Part shown: positions 45,913 through 55,488 of the stretch, in pieces
Position numbering within the stretch: the stretch's first letter is position 1
How the letters are laid out: each line of letters opens with the position of its first letter
Source: Thermoplasmata archaeon
GTDB lineage: Archaea; Thermoplasmatota; Thermoplasmata; Lutacidiplasmatales; UBA184
Reading direction: 5' to 3'
Length of the DNA: 64,000 bases
Assembly: GCA_030043855.1 (NCBI GenBank)
Contig: JASHWW010000005.1
Span: forward strand, 9,088 to 73,087
Translations under genes and position numbers: made by a program
Notes under the pieces: generated by a model
Databases searched by the model: none
The model's input: only the letters and a program-made list of their open reading frames with translations
Told to the model about the DNA's origin: nothing

Positions 45913-48005
45913 CGACCGCTGCGGTGCCGCGCCGGCTGAGTGGGCGCCTTCGGGCGATCCCTCCGGCGGCGTGGCTGGGAGTCGCCATCGGGGTCTACTT
46001 CGGCGTTTCCTTCGGCCTCTCTTGGCTTCGGGCCATCGAACTCCAGACGACGACGTGGGACCTCGGACTCTACCAGCAAGCGTTGTGGACGACGGCCCAC
46101 GGCCACCCGTTCTACGAGACCGCGGACGTCGAGACGGGCGGGTACCGCTCGCTCCTGCAGGTGCACACGGTCTTCCTGCTCTACGCCATCGTTCCGATCT
46201 ACGCCGCGCTCCCGAGCGAGGCGACCCTGTTCGCGATCCAGTCCGCCGTGGTCGCGTTGGCGGCAGTCCCGCTCTACCTGCTCGCGCGGCAGCGGACGGG
46301 GTCCCCTTGGTTGGGGCTTGTGGCCGCGATCGTCTTCCTCGCCGCGACCCCGACCCTCTCCTCGAACCTCTACGACTTCCACCCGGAGGCGTTCCTGCCG
46401 CTCGAGCTGTTCGCGACCGTCCTGCTCTGGGAACGGGGGCGGTACGGGCCAGGCCTGGTCGTCGCCGCGCTCGGCTGGTCGACCTTCGAGCTGATGCCGG
46501 TGCTCCTCGCGTTCGTGGGCCTGTTCTTCCTGCTCCCGTCGGGCGCCACGGTGCGCCGCTGGGTCGCCGCGTCGCGCGGACCTCGCGGATGGTCGGCCGT
46601 CGTCGTCGACCTCCGCACGGCGATCCGGGCCCCCCGCGTCCAGGCGTCCCTCGCCCTGCTCGTCGGCTCGGTCCTCGCGTACGTCGTGCTGCTCGACCTA
46701 CGCACGGGGTACCTGCTCACGACGCTCGGCACCACGCCGCTGCCGACCCCCCCGAACGGCTACGTGATCGGGGGAACGCCGGCCGCGCTCGGACTCGCGT
46801 CCGGGAACGTCGCGATCGGATTCTTCGCGAAGGCGACCTACTGGATCCTGCTGCTCGCGCTCCTCGGATTCGTGCCGCTGTTCGCACCCCGGGCCCTCGT
46901 CCTCTCGATCCCCTGGTTCGCGTTCACCCTGTTCAGCGCGAACACGAACTACGTGGAGCTCGGATTCCAGTACGGGTTCATCGCCGAGGCCGGACTGTTC
47001 GTCGCGTTCGCGTACGGCCTCGGGCCCGCGACGTCGTTCGCCCGTCGCTGGCTCGAACGACCGATCGACGCCGCCCCGCCGGCCCGCCCCCGACGCCGCC
47101 CCCGCGCGTGGGCGATCGGAGCCCTCACGGTCCTCGTCGTCGTGAACGTCGCGCTCACGCCGGCCAATCCGTGGATGCAGGATCGCGGGCTGGGGTCGGC
47201 CTACCGGATCTCGTACGGAGGCGGGGGAGGCTTCGCGAACGTGGAGGCGCTGGTCGGCCTCGTCCCGTCGGGAGCGGTGGTGGTCGCCAGCGACAACCTG
47301 TTCCCGCTGGTAGCGAACGACCCGAACGCGTATTCGTTCTTCTGGACCCAGAACAACCTCCTCGCGCTCCCCTTCTCTCCGTCGGACCCGCCCAACTACG
47401 TCCTGCTCGCCGACAACCGGACCGGAGCCGTTCCCGGTTGGCTCGCGACCGAACTCTACAACTCGTCGATCTTCGGCGTGCGCGGGGTCGACTGGGACTC
47501 CGCGGCGGGCACGCTGCTCCTCTTCGAATCCGGGTACTCGGCGACGCCGGCGGAATTTGGGGCCCTGCCCGCCGCAGGGTTCTCGACCTCGGGGGCGTCG
47601 TTGATCGATCCGGAGGCCGGGATCCCAGCGACGTTCCCGAATCAGCCGTCCGGCGGCTCGGCGGCCAACGCGCCCGGTGTGGCGGGGACGTTCCTCCAGG
47701 GACCGTGGACGACGCTGTCGCCCGGCGCGTACGTCGCGACCCTTCGATTGATCGCACTTCCAGTGCCGGGGTATCCTGCGGTCGGCGGGAACGACTCGGT
47801 CGTCTGGATCGGCGCCGCGGCGTTCGGACAGGCCCAGTTCTTCGGCGTGACCCTACCGGCCAGCGTCCTCGAAACTCCGGGCGGGATCGTCGAGAGTCAG
47901 CCGTTCTACGTCCCCGCTCCGACGCTGCAGTTCGAGATCCAGGGGGTCGCCCTCTCGACCAGCGTCGAGGTCGTCTGCGCGAGCGTCGCGATCGAACCGA
48001 GCTGA
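45909..48005 (+). CDS. DUF2079-like multi-pass membrane protein (GT-C-type glycosyltransferase candidate) with C-terminal extracellular domain
   Basis: WDLGLYQQALW, LLQVH, LFAIQS, NLYDFHPEAF, FQY; about 10+ TM; ATGA overlap. Confidence 0.8.
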   Translation: MTTAAVPRRLSGRLRAIPPAAWLGVAIGVYFGVSFGLSWLRAIELQTTTWDLGLYQQALWTTAHGHPFYETADVETGGYRSLLQVHTVFLLYAIVPIYAALPSEATLFAIQSAVVALAAVPLYLLARQRTGSPWLGLVAAIVFLAATPTLSSNLYDFHPEAFLPLELFATVLLWERGRYGPGLVVAALGWSTFELMPVLLAFVGLFFLLPSGATVRRWVAASRGPRGWSAVVVDLRTAIRAPRVQASLALLVGSVLAYVVLLDLRTGYLLTTLGTTPLPTPPNGYVIGGTPAALGLASGNVAIGFFAKATYWILLLALLGFVPLFAPRALVLSIPWFAFTLFSANTNYVELGFQYGFIAEAGLFVAFAYGLGPATSFARRWLERPIDAAPPARPRRRPRAWAIGALTVLVVVNVALTPANPWMQDRGLGSAYRISYGGGGGFANVEALVGLVPSGAVVVASDNLFPLVANDPNAYSFFWTQNNLLALPFSPSDPPNYVLLADNRTGAVPGWLATELYNSSIFGVRGVDWDSAAGTLLLFESGYSATPAEFGALPAAGFSTSGASLIDPEAGIPATFPNQPSGGSAANAPGVAGTFLQGPWTTLSPGAYVATLRLIALPVPGYPAVGGNDSVVWIGAAAFGQAQFFGVTLPASVLETPGGIVESQPFYVPAPTLQFEIQGVALSTSVEVVCASVAIEPS

Positions 48006-48026
48006 CCGGTGCGCGAGCGCTCCCGC

Positions 48027-48410
48027 TCACGCCGGTTGCGCGTGCTCGCTCAACCCGAGCAGGTTCCCATCGGGATCCCGGAACCACGCCATCATCGTCC
48101 CGTCCCGGCCCGTCCAGATCCCGTGCCGGTCCTGGACCAACCCGTCCATCCGCTCGAACGCGACCCCCCGAGCGGCCAGCTCTCGGGCCAGATGCACGAG
48201 GTCCCCGACCTCCCAGCCCAGCACGGTCCGCGCTCCCCGGGGGACGTCCGCCACCTTCAGGATGCGGAGGGAGGTCCCGTTGGAGTCGAACAGGAGCGCC
48301 CGGCCATCGTCGCCCATGAACAACAGGCCGAGCAGATCGTGGTAGAAGTGTCGGCACTCGTCGGGCTTGGCCGTCGCCGCGAACGCGACCAGGTTCGCGT
48401 TCTCGAGCAC
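48027..48410 (-). CDS. VOC/glyoxalase family protein
   Basis: RHFYHDLLGL, TVLGWEV, AWFRDPDGNLLGL. Confidence 0.88.
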   Translation of the reverse strand: MLENANLVAFAATAKPDECRHFYHDLLGLLFMGDDGRALLFDSNGTSLRILKVADVPRGARTVLGWEVGDLVHLARELAARGVAFERMDGLVQDRHGIWTGRDGTMMAWFRDPDGNLLGLSEHAQPA

Positions 48411-48516
48411 AGGGGGGAATCGGTCCGCCGATGAATATCTTTCCCTGGCGGTCTGCGCGACGGGCCGCGCCCGTTTTCTCCCGACGCGGTTGACGGACCT
48501 CGCAGGAGTCGAGACC

Positions 48517-49113
48517 GTGCCGCACGCGTCGCGCACCGCCGCCGTCCGCATTCGGTCGCTCCGACCGGGCGAATGGCGCACGTACCGGCGGGTTCGGCTG
48601 CGGTCGCTCGCCACGGACCCCCTCGCCTTCGGGTCGACCCTCGCCCGCGAGCGCGACCTCGCCGAGACGCAGTGGCGGGACCGCTTGACCCACGGACCCG
48701 GAGGTTCCGCCTCGCGCACGTGGGCGGCGATCGATGCGCGCGAACGATTCGTCGGGGTCGCCTCGGTAGTCGACGTCGACGGAGACTGGCACGTCTTTGC
48801 GATGTGGGTCGCGCCCGCGCTCCGGGGTCGGCGGGTCGGCGCCCGGTTGCTCGACGCCGGGATCGCCTGGGCGCGGTCCGTCGCTCCCCGTCGCCGCGTC
48901 GTGTTGGACGTCAATCCCCGCCAAGTCGCCGCGCACCGCCTCTACGAATCGCGGGGATTCCGCGCGACGGGGCGAACGGAACCGCTGGGCCACACCGACG
49001 GGGAGTCGGTGGTCGAGATGGTCCTCGGTCCGCGATCGCCCGTTCGCTCGACCTCGGTGTCGAAGGCTCCGGCCCCTCCCCGACGGGGCCCGAGCGACCG
49101 GAGGGCCCGGTGA
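48517..49113 (+). CDS. GNAT N-acetyltransferase
   Basis: RLRSLATDPLAFGST, MWVAPALRGRRVG, AHRLYESRGF. Confidence 0.88.
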   Translation: MPHASRTAAVRIRSLRPGEWRTYRRVRLRSLATDPLAFGSTLARERDLAETQWRDRLTHGPGGSASRTWAAIDARERFVGVASVVDVDGDWHVFAMWVAPALRGRRVGARLLDAGIAWARSVAPRRRVVLDVNPRQVAAHRLYESRGFRATGRTEPLGHTDGESVVEMVLGPRSPVRSTSVSKAPAPPRRGPSDRRAR

Positions 49114-50084
49114 CCGCGCTCGCGGGCGAGGCGCCGGTCATCACGGCGGACGCGGTCCGGCATACGTACGGCAAGGGACGGTACGCGCTCGACGGGGTGA
49201 GCTTCTCGGTCGGTCGCGGCGAAGTGTTCGGCCTCCTCGGTCGGAACGGCGCCGGCAAGTCGACCCTGATCAAGGCGATGACCACGCTAATCCAGCCGAC
49301 CTCCGGGCAGCTCCGGGTCCTGGGCCTCGACCCGCGGCGCGACGGCCGCCGGATCCGAGAGCGGATCGGCGTGGTCCAACAGGGGGAGTCGATGGATTTC
49401 ACGACCGTCGAAGGGAACCTCGACCTCTACGGATACCTGTGGAAGGTCCCCGCCGCCGAGCGCCGCCGGCGCAGCGAGCTCCTGATCGAACGGTTCGGGC
49501 TCGGAGAGTTCCGCACCCGGCGCTCGTGGGACCTGTCGGGCGGACAGAAGCGGCGGGTCCAGGTCGCCCGCGAATTCATGCACGACATGGACGTCCTCTT
49601 CCTCGACGAACCGACGATCGGATTGGACGTGCTGATGCGTCGCGTCCTGCTCGACTCCGTCCGCGCCGAGGTCCGCAAGGGCCTCACGGTGGTCTTCACG
49701 ACGCACAACCTCGAGGAGGCCGACTACCTGTGCGACCGCATCGCGGTCATCGACGAGGGCCGCATCCTGGCGCTCGACACGGTGGCTAACCTGAAGCGGC
49801 TCTACAGCGGGAAGCGGACGGTCGACCTGACGGTCGCGGAGGCCGACGCCGGTCGGTTCTTCGACGCCCTATCGTCCGCGCTCGGCCCTGCGGCCTCCGT
49901 CACCGCCACGGCCGGATCGGCCGTGGTGCTCGTCGACGACCCGAAGTCGGCGCTGGGCACCATCGTGGAGCTCGCCCAGCGGCTGGGGGTGCAGCTGGAG
50001 TGGCTCACGGTCCGACAGAACACGCTCGAAGACGTGTTCTTGAAGTCGATCGCGCACCGGGGGGATCCGTCTGGCAGCGCCTAA
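49110..50084 (+). CDS. ABC-2 type exporter ATP-binding protein
   Basis: GRNGAGKST, LSGGQKRR, FLDEPT, TTH. Confidence 0.93.
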   Translation: MTALAGEAPVITADAVRHTYGKGRYALDGVSFSVGRGEVFGLLGRNGAGKSTLIKAMTTLIQPTSGQLRVLGLDPRRDGRRIRERIGVVQQGESMDFTTVEGNLDLYGYLWKVPAAERRRRSELLIERFGLGEFRTRRSWDLSGGQKRRVQVAREFMHDMDVLFLDEPTIGLDVLMRRVLLDSVRAEVRKGLTVVFTTHNLEEADYLCDRIAVIDEGRILALDTVANLKRLYSGKRTVDLTVAEADAGRFFDALSSALGPAASVTATAGSAVVLVDDPKSALGTIVELAQRLGVQLEWLTVRQNTLEDVFLKSIAHRGDPSGSA

Positions 50085-50829
50085 CCTCGTCCGGCTCATC
50101 GTCCGGAACATCCGGGTCAACACCGACCCGGCGAGCCTCGTGATCCTGATGGGACTCCCGGCGATGTACCTGATCTTCTTCGGGTTCGGGTTCCAGTCGC
50201 TCTCCTCGGGCGGCGGGAACTACCTCGCGTTCCTCGCGCCGGGGATCATGTCGTTCCAGGCCGTCATGGCGGGGACGGTCGGGGGCAGCATCCTCTGGGC
50301 CGACCGCCGCTGGGGGATGCTCGCCCAGCTCCTCGTCGGGCCGTTCACGCGGACCGAGTACCTGTTCGGCATCATGCTGACGTCGCTCCTGCTCGGCCTC
50401 GGCGGAGCGGCCCTGATGCTGGTCATCGCGGTCGTGCTCCTCGGCACCACGACCGTGACCCTCGGGGGCGGCCTGGTCGCCTTCGGCGCGATCGCGTTGG
50501 GATCGATCTTCTTCGGCTCGGCGATGCTGCTCCTGGCGGCCCTCGTCAAGTCGAACAACGCGTACAACTCGATCCAGATCCTGCTGATCTTCTTCGTGAA
50601 TTTCGCATCGACCGTCTTCTATCCGGCCAGCCCGAGCCTCCCGCTCGTACTCCGCGCGCTCTTCGTACTCAACCCGCTGACGTACATCGCCGACACCGCG
50701 CGCGCCGGCTACGCGGGGACCCTCGGCGGGACGAACGCGCTCGAGATGGGGATCCTCGCCGTCGAGTCGGCCGTCGTCCTGGTCCTGGCGGTCCGGGCGT
50801 ACCTGCGTTCGGACGTCAGCCTCGAGTGA
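50071..50829 (+). CDS. ABC-2 type permease (probable CTG start at 50071; first canonical start GTG at 50140)
   Basis: YLAFLAPGI, DRRWG, NPLTY; frame open from TGA at 50041. Confidence 0.85.
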   Translation: MAAPNLVRLIVRNIRVNTDPASLVILMGLPAMYLIFFGFGFQSLSSGGGNYLAFLAPGIMSFQAVMAGTVGGSILWADRRWGMLAQLLVGPFTRTEYLFGIMLTSLLLGLGGAALMLVIAVVLLGTTTVTLGGGLVAFGAIALGSIFFGSAMLLLAALVKSNNAYNSIQILLIFFVNFASTVFYPASPSLPLVLRALFVLNPLTYIADTARAGYAGTLGGTNALEMGILAVESAVVLVLAVRAYLRSDVSLE

Positions 50830-50853
50830 GTCGACGGCGAGTCCGACCCGCGA

Positions 50854-51615
50854 TCAGCACGGGGTCCCGGTCCCGGCGACCACCGTGAAGGCCCCGACGC
50901 CGGTCCCGTACGTGCTTCCGACGACCACGAGCACGTACGTCCCCGGAGCGAGACTGGGCAGCACGGTCCACCCGCGATGGAACGCACCGGTCACGTTGGC
51001 GGAGAACCCGTGGAGTATCCGAACGTGGGCGGCGTTCGACCACGGTCCGAGGTAGAAGTTCTCGCCGTCCATCGGGTAGAACCCGTGGCCGGTCAGCCTC
51101 AGGCAGCCGTCCGCCATGACGGTCGTCGTCGACAACGAGAAGTGGATCGAGCTCGAAGAGACGCGGAACGAGCTCGTGATCGTCGTCGGTCCCTCGCGGG
51201 CGATGACCAGGTAGGAGCCGCGGTTCACCGACGGTACGTTGACGTTCCGCACGAATCCGCCCGTGCTGTTCGTCGTCACCGTGATCGCGTGGTTGTAGGG
51301 ATACGGCTGGTTGTTCAGGTTGAACCCGGTGAGGTCGGGAGAGGTGAATGTGAGATTCACGTCGACCGAGTGATGGAAGTGCGTTCCGGTGACGATGATC
51401 GCGTAGCCGGTCGTCCCCGAACTGGCCGAGAGGGCGATCTGCGGCCCCGTGGCCGTCTGGAGACCGGAGTCTCCCGCGAGCGAACCCGCAGCACCGGACA
51501 GCGACCCCAGGACCGCCAGAAGACCGACGAGGGCCCCGACGCCGACCGCCCACACGACCGGCGATCCCCACCCGTTCGACCCCGTCTCCGCTCGCTGCAG
51601 ATCCATTTTCGTCAT
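50854..51615 (-). CDS. Secreted/membrane-anchored protein with two Ig-like beta-sandwich repeats
   Basis: N-terminal TM; repeats IIVTGTHF...GSYLVIA and LRLTGHGF...GTYVLVV. Confidence 0.7.
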   Translation of the reverse strand: MTKMDLQRAETGSNGWGSPVVWAVGVGALVGLLAVLGSLSGAAGSLAGDSGLQTATGPQIALSASSGTTGYAIIVTGTHFHHSVDVNLTFTSPDLTGFNLNNQPYPYNHAITVTTNSTGGFVRNVNVPSVNRGSYLVIAREGPTTITSSFRVSSSSIHFSLSTTTVMADGCLRLTGHGFYPMDGENFYLGPWSNAAHVRILHGFSANVTGAFHRGWTVLPSLAPGTYVLVVVGSTYGTGVGAFTVVAGTGTPC

Positions 51616-51752
51616 CGTGCCCCACCGCGCGGCGCGACGGCCCCGAGGGTGCGGCAGTATAACACGGCACGTCGGAGCGCCGCGGGACCGGGGCCACCCT
51701 CGCGCGGCGAACGGTGCGCCGGGCAGGGCTCGGAGCCCGTCCGACCGCAGGG

Positions 51753-51760
51753 TTATATAT
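51753..51760 (+). promoter_or_regulatory. TATA box upstream of smc
   Basis: TTATATAT in GC-rich intergenic DNA about 100 nt before the ATG. Confidence 0.55.
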
Positions 51761-51858
51761 GGCGGACAGGGCTCGGGGAGCCGCGCCGACAACCGTCCGA
51801 CAAACGGGTGCGTTTCGGCGACGGGAGACCGATCGGGCGGAACCGGACGGAGCGACCG

Positions 51859-54800
51859 ATGTACCTCAAACGGATCAAACTCCGCAATTTCAAGTCGTTC
51901 GCCGGGGCGACCGAGATCCCGTTCGCGACCGGGTTCACGGGGGTCGCGGGCCCGAACGGAATGGGCAAGTCGAACATCTCGGACGCGATCCTGTTCGTCC
52001 TCGGTCCGACGAGCTCGAAGGCGCTCCGGGCGGAGCGGCTGACCCACCTGTTCTTCAACGGGGGGTCGTCGAAGAAGCCGGCGACGGAATGCGAGGTCTC
52101 CCTCGTGTTCGACAACGGGGACCGACTCCTGCCGGTCGACGCCGCCGAGGTCGAAGTCACCCGGTACGTCAAGCTCGCCCCGAGCGATCCGGACGGGTAC
52201 TACTCGTACTTCTACGTCAACGGCAAGCGGACGACCCAGACGGAGATCGACTCGGTCCTCTCCCACGCCCGGCTCTCGGGCGACGGGTACAATCTCGTGC
52301 AACAGGGCGACGTCAACAAGGTCGTCACGATGGGCCCCGTGCCCCGACGTGGCCTCCTCGAGCGGCTGGCCGGCATCAGCCAGTACGACGAGGAGCTCGA
52401 GCGGGCCGCGACGAAGCGGACCGACCTCGACGGGAACTTGAGCCGCATCCAGACCCTCCTCGGCGACATCAAGGGGCGACTGTCGTCCCTCGAGGGCCAG
52501 CGGCTCCAGGCGATCCAGTTCAAACAGCTGCAGGACGACCGGAAACGGTCCGAGGCGCAGCTCGCCCGCGCGGGGCACCGCCTCGCCGAACAGGAAGTCG
52601 CGAGCTGCCAGGCGCAGGTCGGGACCGTCCGGGCCGAGATCGAGAAACTGGACGCCGAGCGATCGCAGCTCGCCGCGCGACAGACCACCCTCGCCGCGGA
52701 GATCGACCGCCTCGAGCGGGAGATCGCCGAAGCGGGCGGCGCGGCCGCGGTGAAATTCCGCCAAGAGCTCGACGAGAAGCGGATCGCGTTCGCCCGCCAG
52801 GAGCAGTCGCTCGACCATCTCCGGGAAGCGGCCGAGGCGATCGCGCAGAAGGTCGAAGAGCTCGACAAGGTCGTCAAATCGGACCGGGCCCAGGGGGCGT
52901 CGCTGACCTCCCAGGAGTCGAAGCTCGCCGACGCCCTCGCCGACCTGGAGAAGAAGGCCGGAGCCGATCAGAAGCAGATCCAGGAGGCCACCGGTGCGCC
53001 GGGTCAGGCCCAGGGGCGCCTCGCGACGGCCCGCAAGCACCAACTCGAGCTCGAACGGTCCCAGGAGGCCCGGCGGGCGAAGTGGGAGACGGCGGTCCGG
53101 ACACGAGAGACGGCCAACGCGACCGTCCTCGCCTCGGAGCGATCCCAGGCGCAGGCCGAGGACGACCTCCGGGAGCGGGAGGTCGAGGTGCGGGACCTCG
53201 AACTGCGTGTGAAGGAGTCCCAGCCCGCGGGCGCCGGAGGGAAGGCCGCGGCGACGGGGGACCTCCAGAAGGAACTGTTCCAACTCAAATCGAAAGAGAC
53301 GGCGCTGACCGCCGAGGTCGAGCGGCTCGGTCAGGAGGTCGGAGAGCTGAACCGCCGGTACCTCGCGCTCGACGCCCGGCTCAAGGCGCGCACCGAGTCG
53401 GGCGCTCGACCGAACCAGCTCGCGGCCGTCGACTACCTGCTCTCGCAGCGGAATCTCGGGAAGATCCCGGGGATCCACGGCACGGTCGAGGAGCTCGCCG
53501 AGTTCGACCCGAGGCACAAGACGGCGCTCCAGGTCGCGGGCGGGAACCGGTTCCAGGCGCTGGTCGTCGAGACGGACCAGGTCGCCGAGCAGTGCATCCA
53601 ACTCCTCCGGTCCGAGAAGCGGGGACGGGCGACGTTCCTGCCGCTCAATCGGATGCTCGCCGGTCGCCCCCACGGAAAGTCGCTGGTCGTGGCGAAGGGG
53701 TCCGGCGCCCAAGGATTCGCGATCGACCTGGTCAAGTTCGACGAGTCGCTCCGACCGGCGTTCTGGTACGTCTTCGGCGAGACGGTCGTGATGGACGACC
53801 TCGCGAAGGCACGGGCGCAGATGGGCGGGGTCCGGCTCGTCACCGTCCAGGGGGATCTCATCGAGGCAACGGGCGCGATCTCCGGCGGGTATCTCGATCC
53901 GACCAGCCAGGGTCGCGGCGCCGACAGCGCCGTCGAACTGAAGCGGCTCGGCGAGGAACTCCGTGAGAAGGGCGGTGCCGAGGCGGCCGCCCGGCAGGAG
54001 CTCGCCAAGGTCGCCGAGCGGATCAAGGCCCTCGCCGAGGAACTCTCCACCCGATCGATCCAGGACCAGGCCCACCGGTCGACCCGGGAAGCGTTCGCGA
54101 AGGACCTCGCCGCAGCCCGCGAGCGCCTGGCCGCCGCGAAGGACCGGCTCAAATCGGTCGTCGCGGAGGAGCAAAAGGCGTCCGCCGCGCTCGCCGAGGC
54201 GACCACGACCGAGCAGCGCCTCGCCGGCGAGATCGAGTCCGCGACGGCCGAGATCCGGTCGGCGCAGGAAGCATACCTCTCCCAACTGCCCGAGGCGATC
54301 TCCGGACGGCTTCGCTCGTTGCAGGAGACGATCCAGAAGACCCAGGAGGAGCGCGTCCGGGTGAACGGAGAGCTCGAGGCGGTGCGGGCCTCGCTCGCCG
54401 CCCTCGGGCAGAACCTCGCCGATCACGCGAAGGAGCTCGCTGCGGCCCGCGCGGACGCCACCGCCCGCGCGAAGGAGATCGCGGCGACCGAGAAGCTCGT
54501 CCACGAAGCCGAGGCCGCGCTGCAAGCGCTCAAGTCGGTCGAGGCGAAGCAGGGCGAGGCGGCGAAAGCGCAGTCCGAGCAGAAGCGGAAGCTCGACTTG
54601 GATCGACTCAAGGTCACCGAATCCCTCGCGAAGGTCGAGACGAACCTGGAGACGCGCCGTTCCCTCCTGACGCAGGAGGAGACGCGCCTCGCCCAGGCGA
54701 CCGACCACCTCCACGAGCTGCAGGAGGCGCTCCGGCAGTTCCCCGACCCGGCACCGGACGAGGCGCCCCTCTCCGTCGACGAGCTGAAGCGCCGCATCGC

Positions 54801-55488
54801 CACGCTCGATCAGCAGATCGCCGCGCTCGGGGACGTCAACCAGCGGGCCTTGGAGGAGTACGACGCCGAGAAGTCGCGGATGGACGACTTCGCCCGGGAG
54901 GTCGATCGGCTCGGTACCGAGAAGACCGAACTGCTCGCGCTGGTCGGGGAGATCGAGACGAAGAAGCGCGAGAAGATCACCCAGGTCGTCGGCCAGGTCA
55001 ACGAGAACTTCCGTGCGATCTACGGCGAGCTCTCCGCCGGCGGCGACGGGGAGATCGCGCTGGAGTCCCCCGCCGACCCGCTCGCGGGCGGTCTCCTCAT
55101 CAAGGCGCGTCCCGTGGGCAAGACCGTCACCCGCCTGGAGCAGCTCTCCGGCGGGGAGAAGTCGCTCGCGAGCCTCGCGTTCATCTTCGCGATGCAGCGG
55201 TACGACCCGAGCCCCCTCTACGTCTTCGACGAGGTCGACATGTCGCTGGACGGGCTCAACGCCGAGTACGTCGGTCGCATGCTGCGGCGAAATTCCGAGC
55301 GGGCGCAGTTCGTGGTGATCTCGCTCCGCAAGGTGACCCTCAAGTTCGCGCACCACCTCTACGGCGTGACGATGCGGGGCGACGGCTGCTCCCACGTCGT
55401 CGGCATCCACCTCGACGAGATCCACGACGTCGAGAGCCGCGAGAACGCCCGCGCGCCCGACGCATCGGCACCGCTGGAGGCGCGATGA
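51859..55488 (+). CDS. smc: Chromosome segregation protein SMC
   Basis: MYLKRIKLRNFKSF, GPNGMGKSN, QQG, hinge GRATFLPL, LSGGEKS, FDEVD; long coiled coils. Confidence 0.97.
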   Translation: MYLKRIKLRNFKSFAGATEIPFATGFTGVAGPNGMGKSNISDAILFVLGPTSSKALRAERLTHLFFNGGSSKKPATECEVSLVFDNGDRLLPVDAAEVEVTRYVKLAPSDPDGYYSYFYVNGKRTTQTEIDSVLSHARLSGDGYNLVQQGDVNKVVTMGPVPRRGLLERLAGISQYDEELERAATKRTDLDGNLSRIQTLLGDIKGRLSSLEGQRLQAIQFKQLQDDRKRSEAQLARAGHRLAEQEVASCQAQVGTVRAEIEKLDAERSQLAARQTTLAAEIDRLEREIAEAGGAAAVKFRQELDEKRIAFARQEQSLDHLREAAEAIAQKVEELDKVVKSDRAQGASLTSQESKLADALADLEKKAGADQKQIQEATGAPGQAQGRLATARKHQLELERSQEARRAKWETAVRTRETANATVLASERSQAQAEDDLREREVEVRDLELRVKESQPAGAGGKAAATGDLQKELFQLKSKETALTAEVERLGQEVGELNRRYLALDARLKARTESGARPNQLAAVDYLLSQRNLGKIPGIHGTVEELAEFDPRHKTALQVAGGNRFQALVVETDQVAEQCIQLLRSEKRGRATFLPLNRMLAGRPHGKSLVVAKGSGAQGFAIDLVKFDESLRPAFWYVFGETVVMDDLAKARAQMGGVRLVTVQGDLIEATGAISGGYLDPTSQGRGADSAVELKRLGEELREKGGAEAAARQELAKVAERIKALAEELSTRSIQDQAHRSTREAFAKDLAAARERLAAAKDRLKSVVAEEQKASAALAEATTTEQRLAGEIESATAEIRSAQEAYLSQLPEAISGRLRSLQETIQKTQEERVRVNGELEAVRASLAALGQNLADHAKELAAARADATARAKEIAATEKLVHEAEAALQALKSVEAKQGEAAKAQSEQKRKLDLDRLKVTESLAKVETNLETRRSLLTQEETRLAQATDHLHELQEALRQFPDPAPDEAPLSVDELKRRIATLDQQIAALGDVNQRALEEYDAEKSRMDDFAREVDRLGTEKTELLALVGEIETKKREKITQVVGQVNENFRAIYGELSAGGDGEIALESPADPLAGGLLIKARPVGKTVTRLEQLSGGEKSLASLAFIFAMQRYDPSPLYVFDEVDMSLDGLNAEYVGRMLRRNSERAQFVVISLRKVTLKFAHHLYGVTMRGDGCSHVVGIHLDEIHDVESRENARAPDASAPLEAR

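Noticed and set aside
50854-55425. 1523-aa minus-strand ORF opposite smc
   Set aside because: Antisense shadow of smc caused by GC-rich codon usage; only the last ~250 codons (50854-51615) look like a real protein
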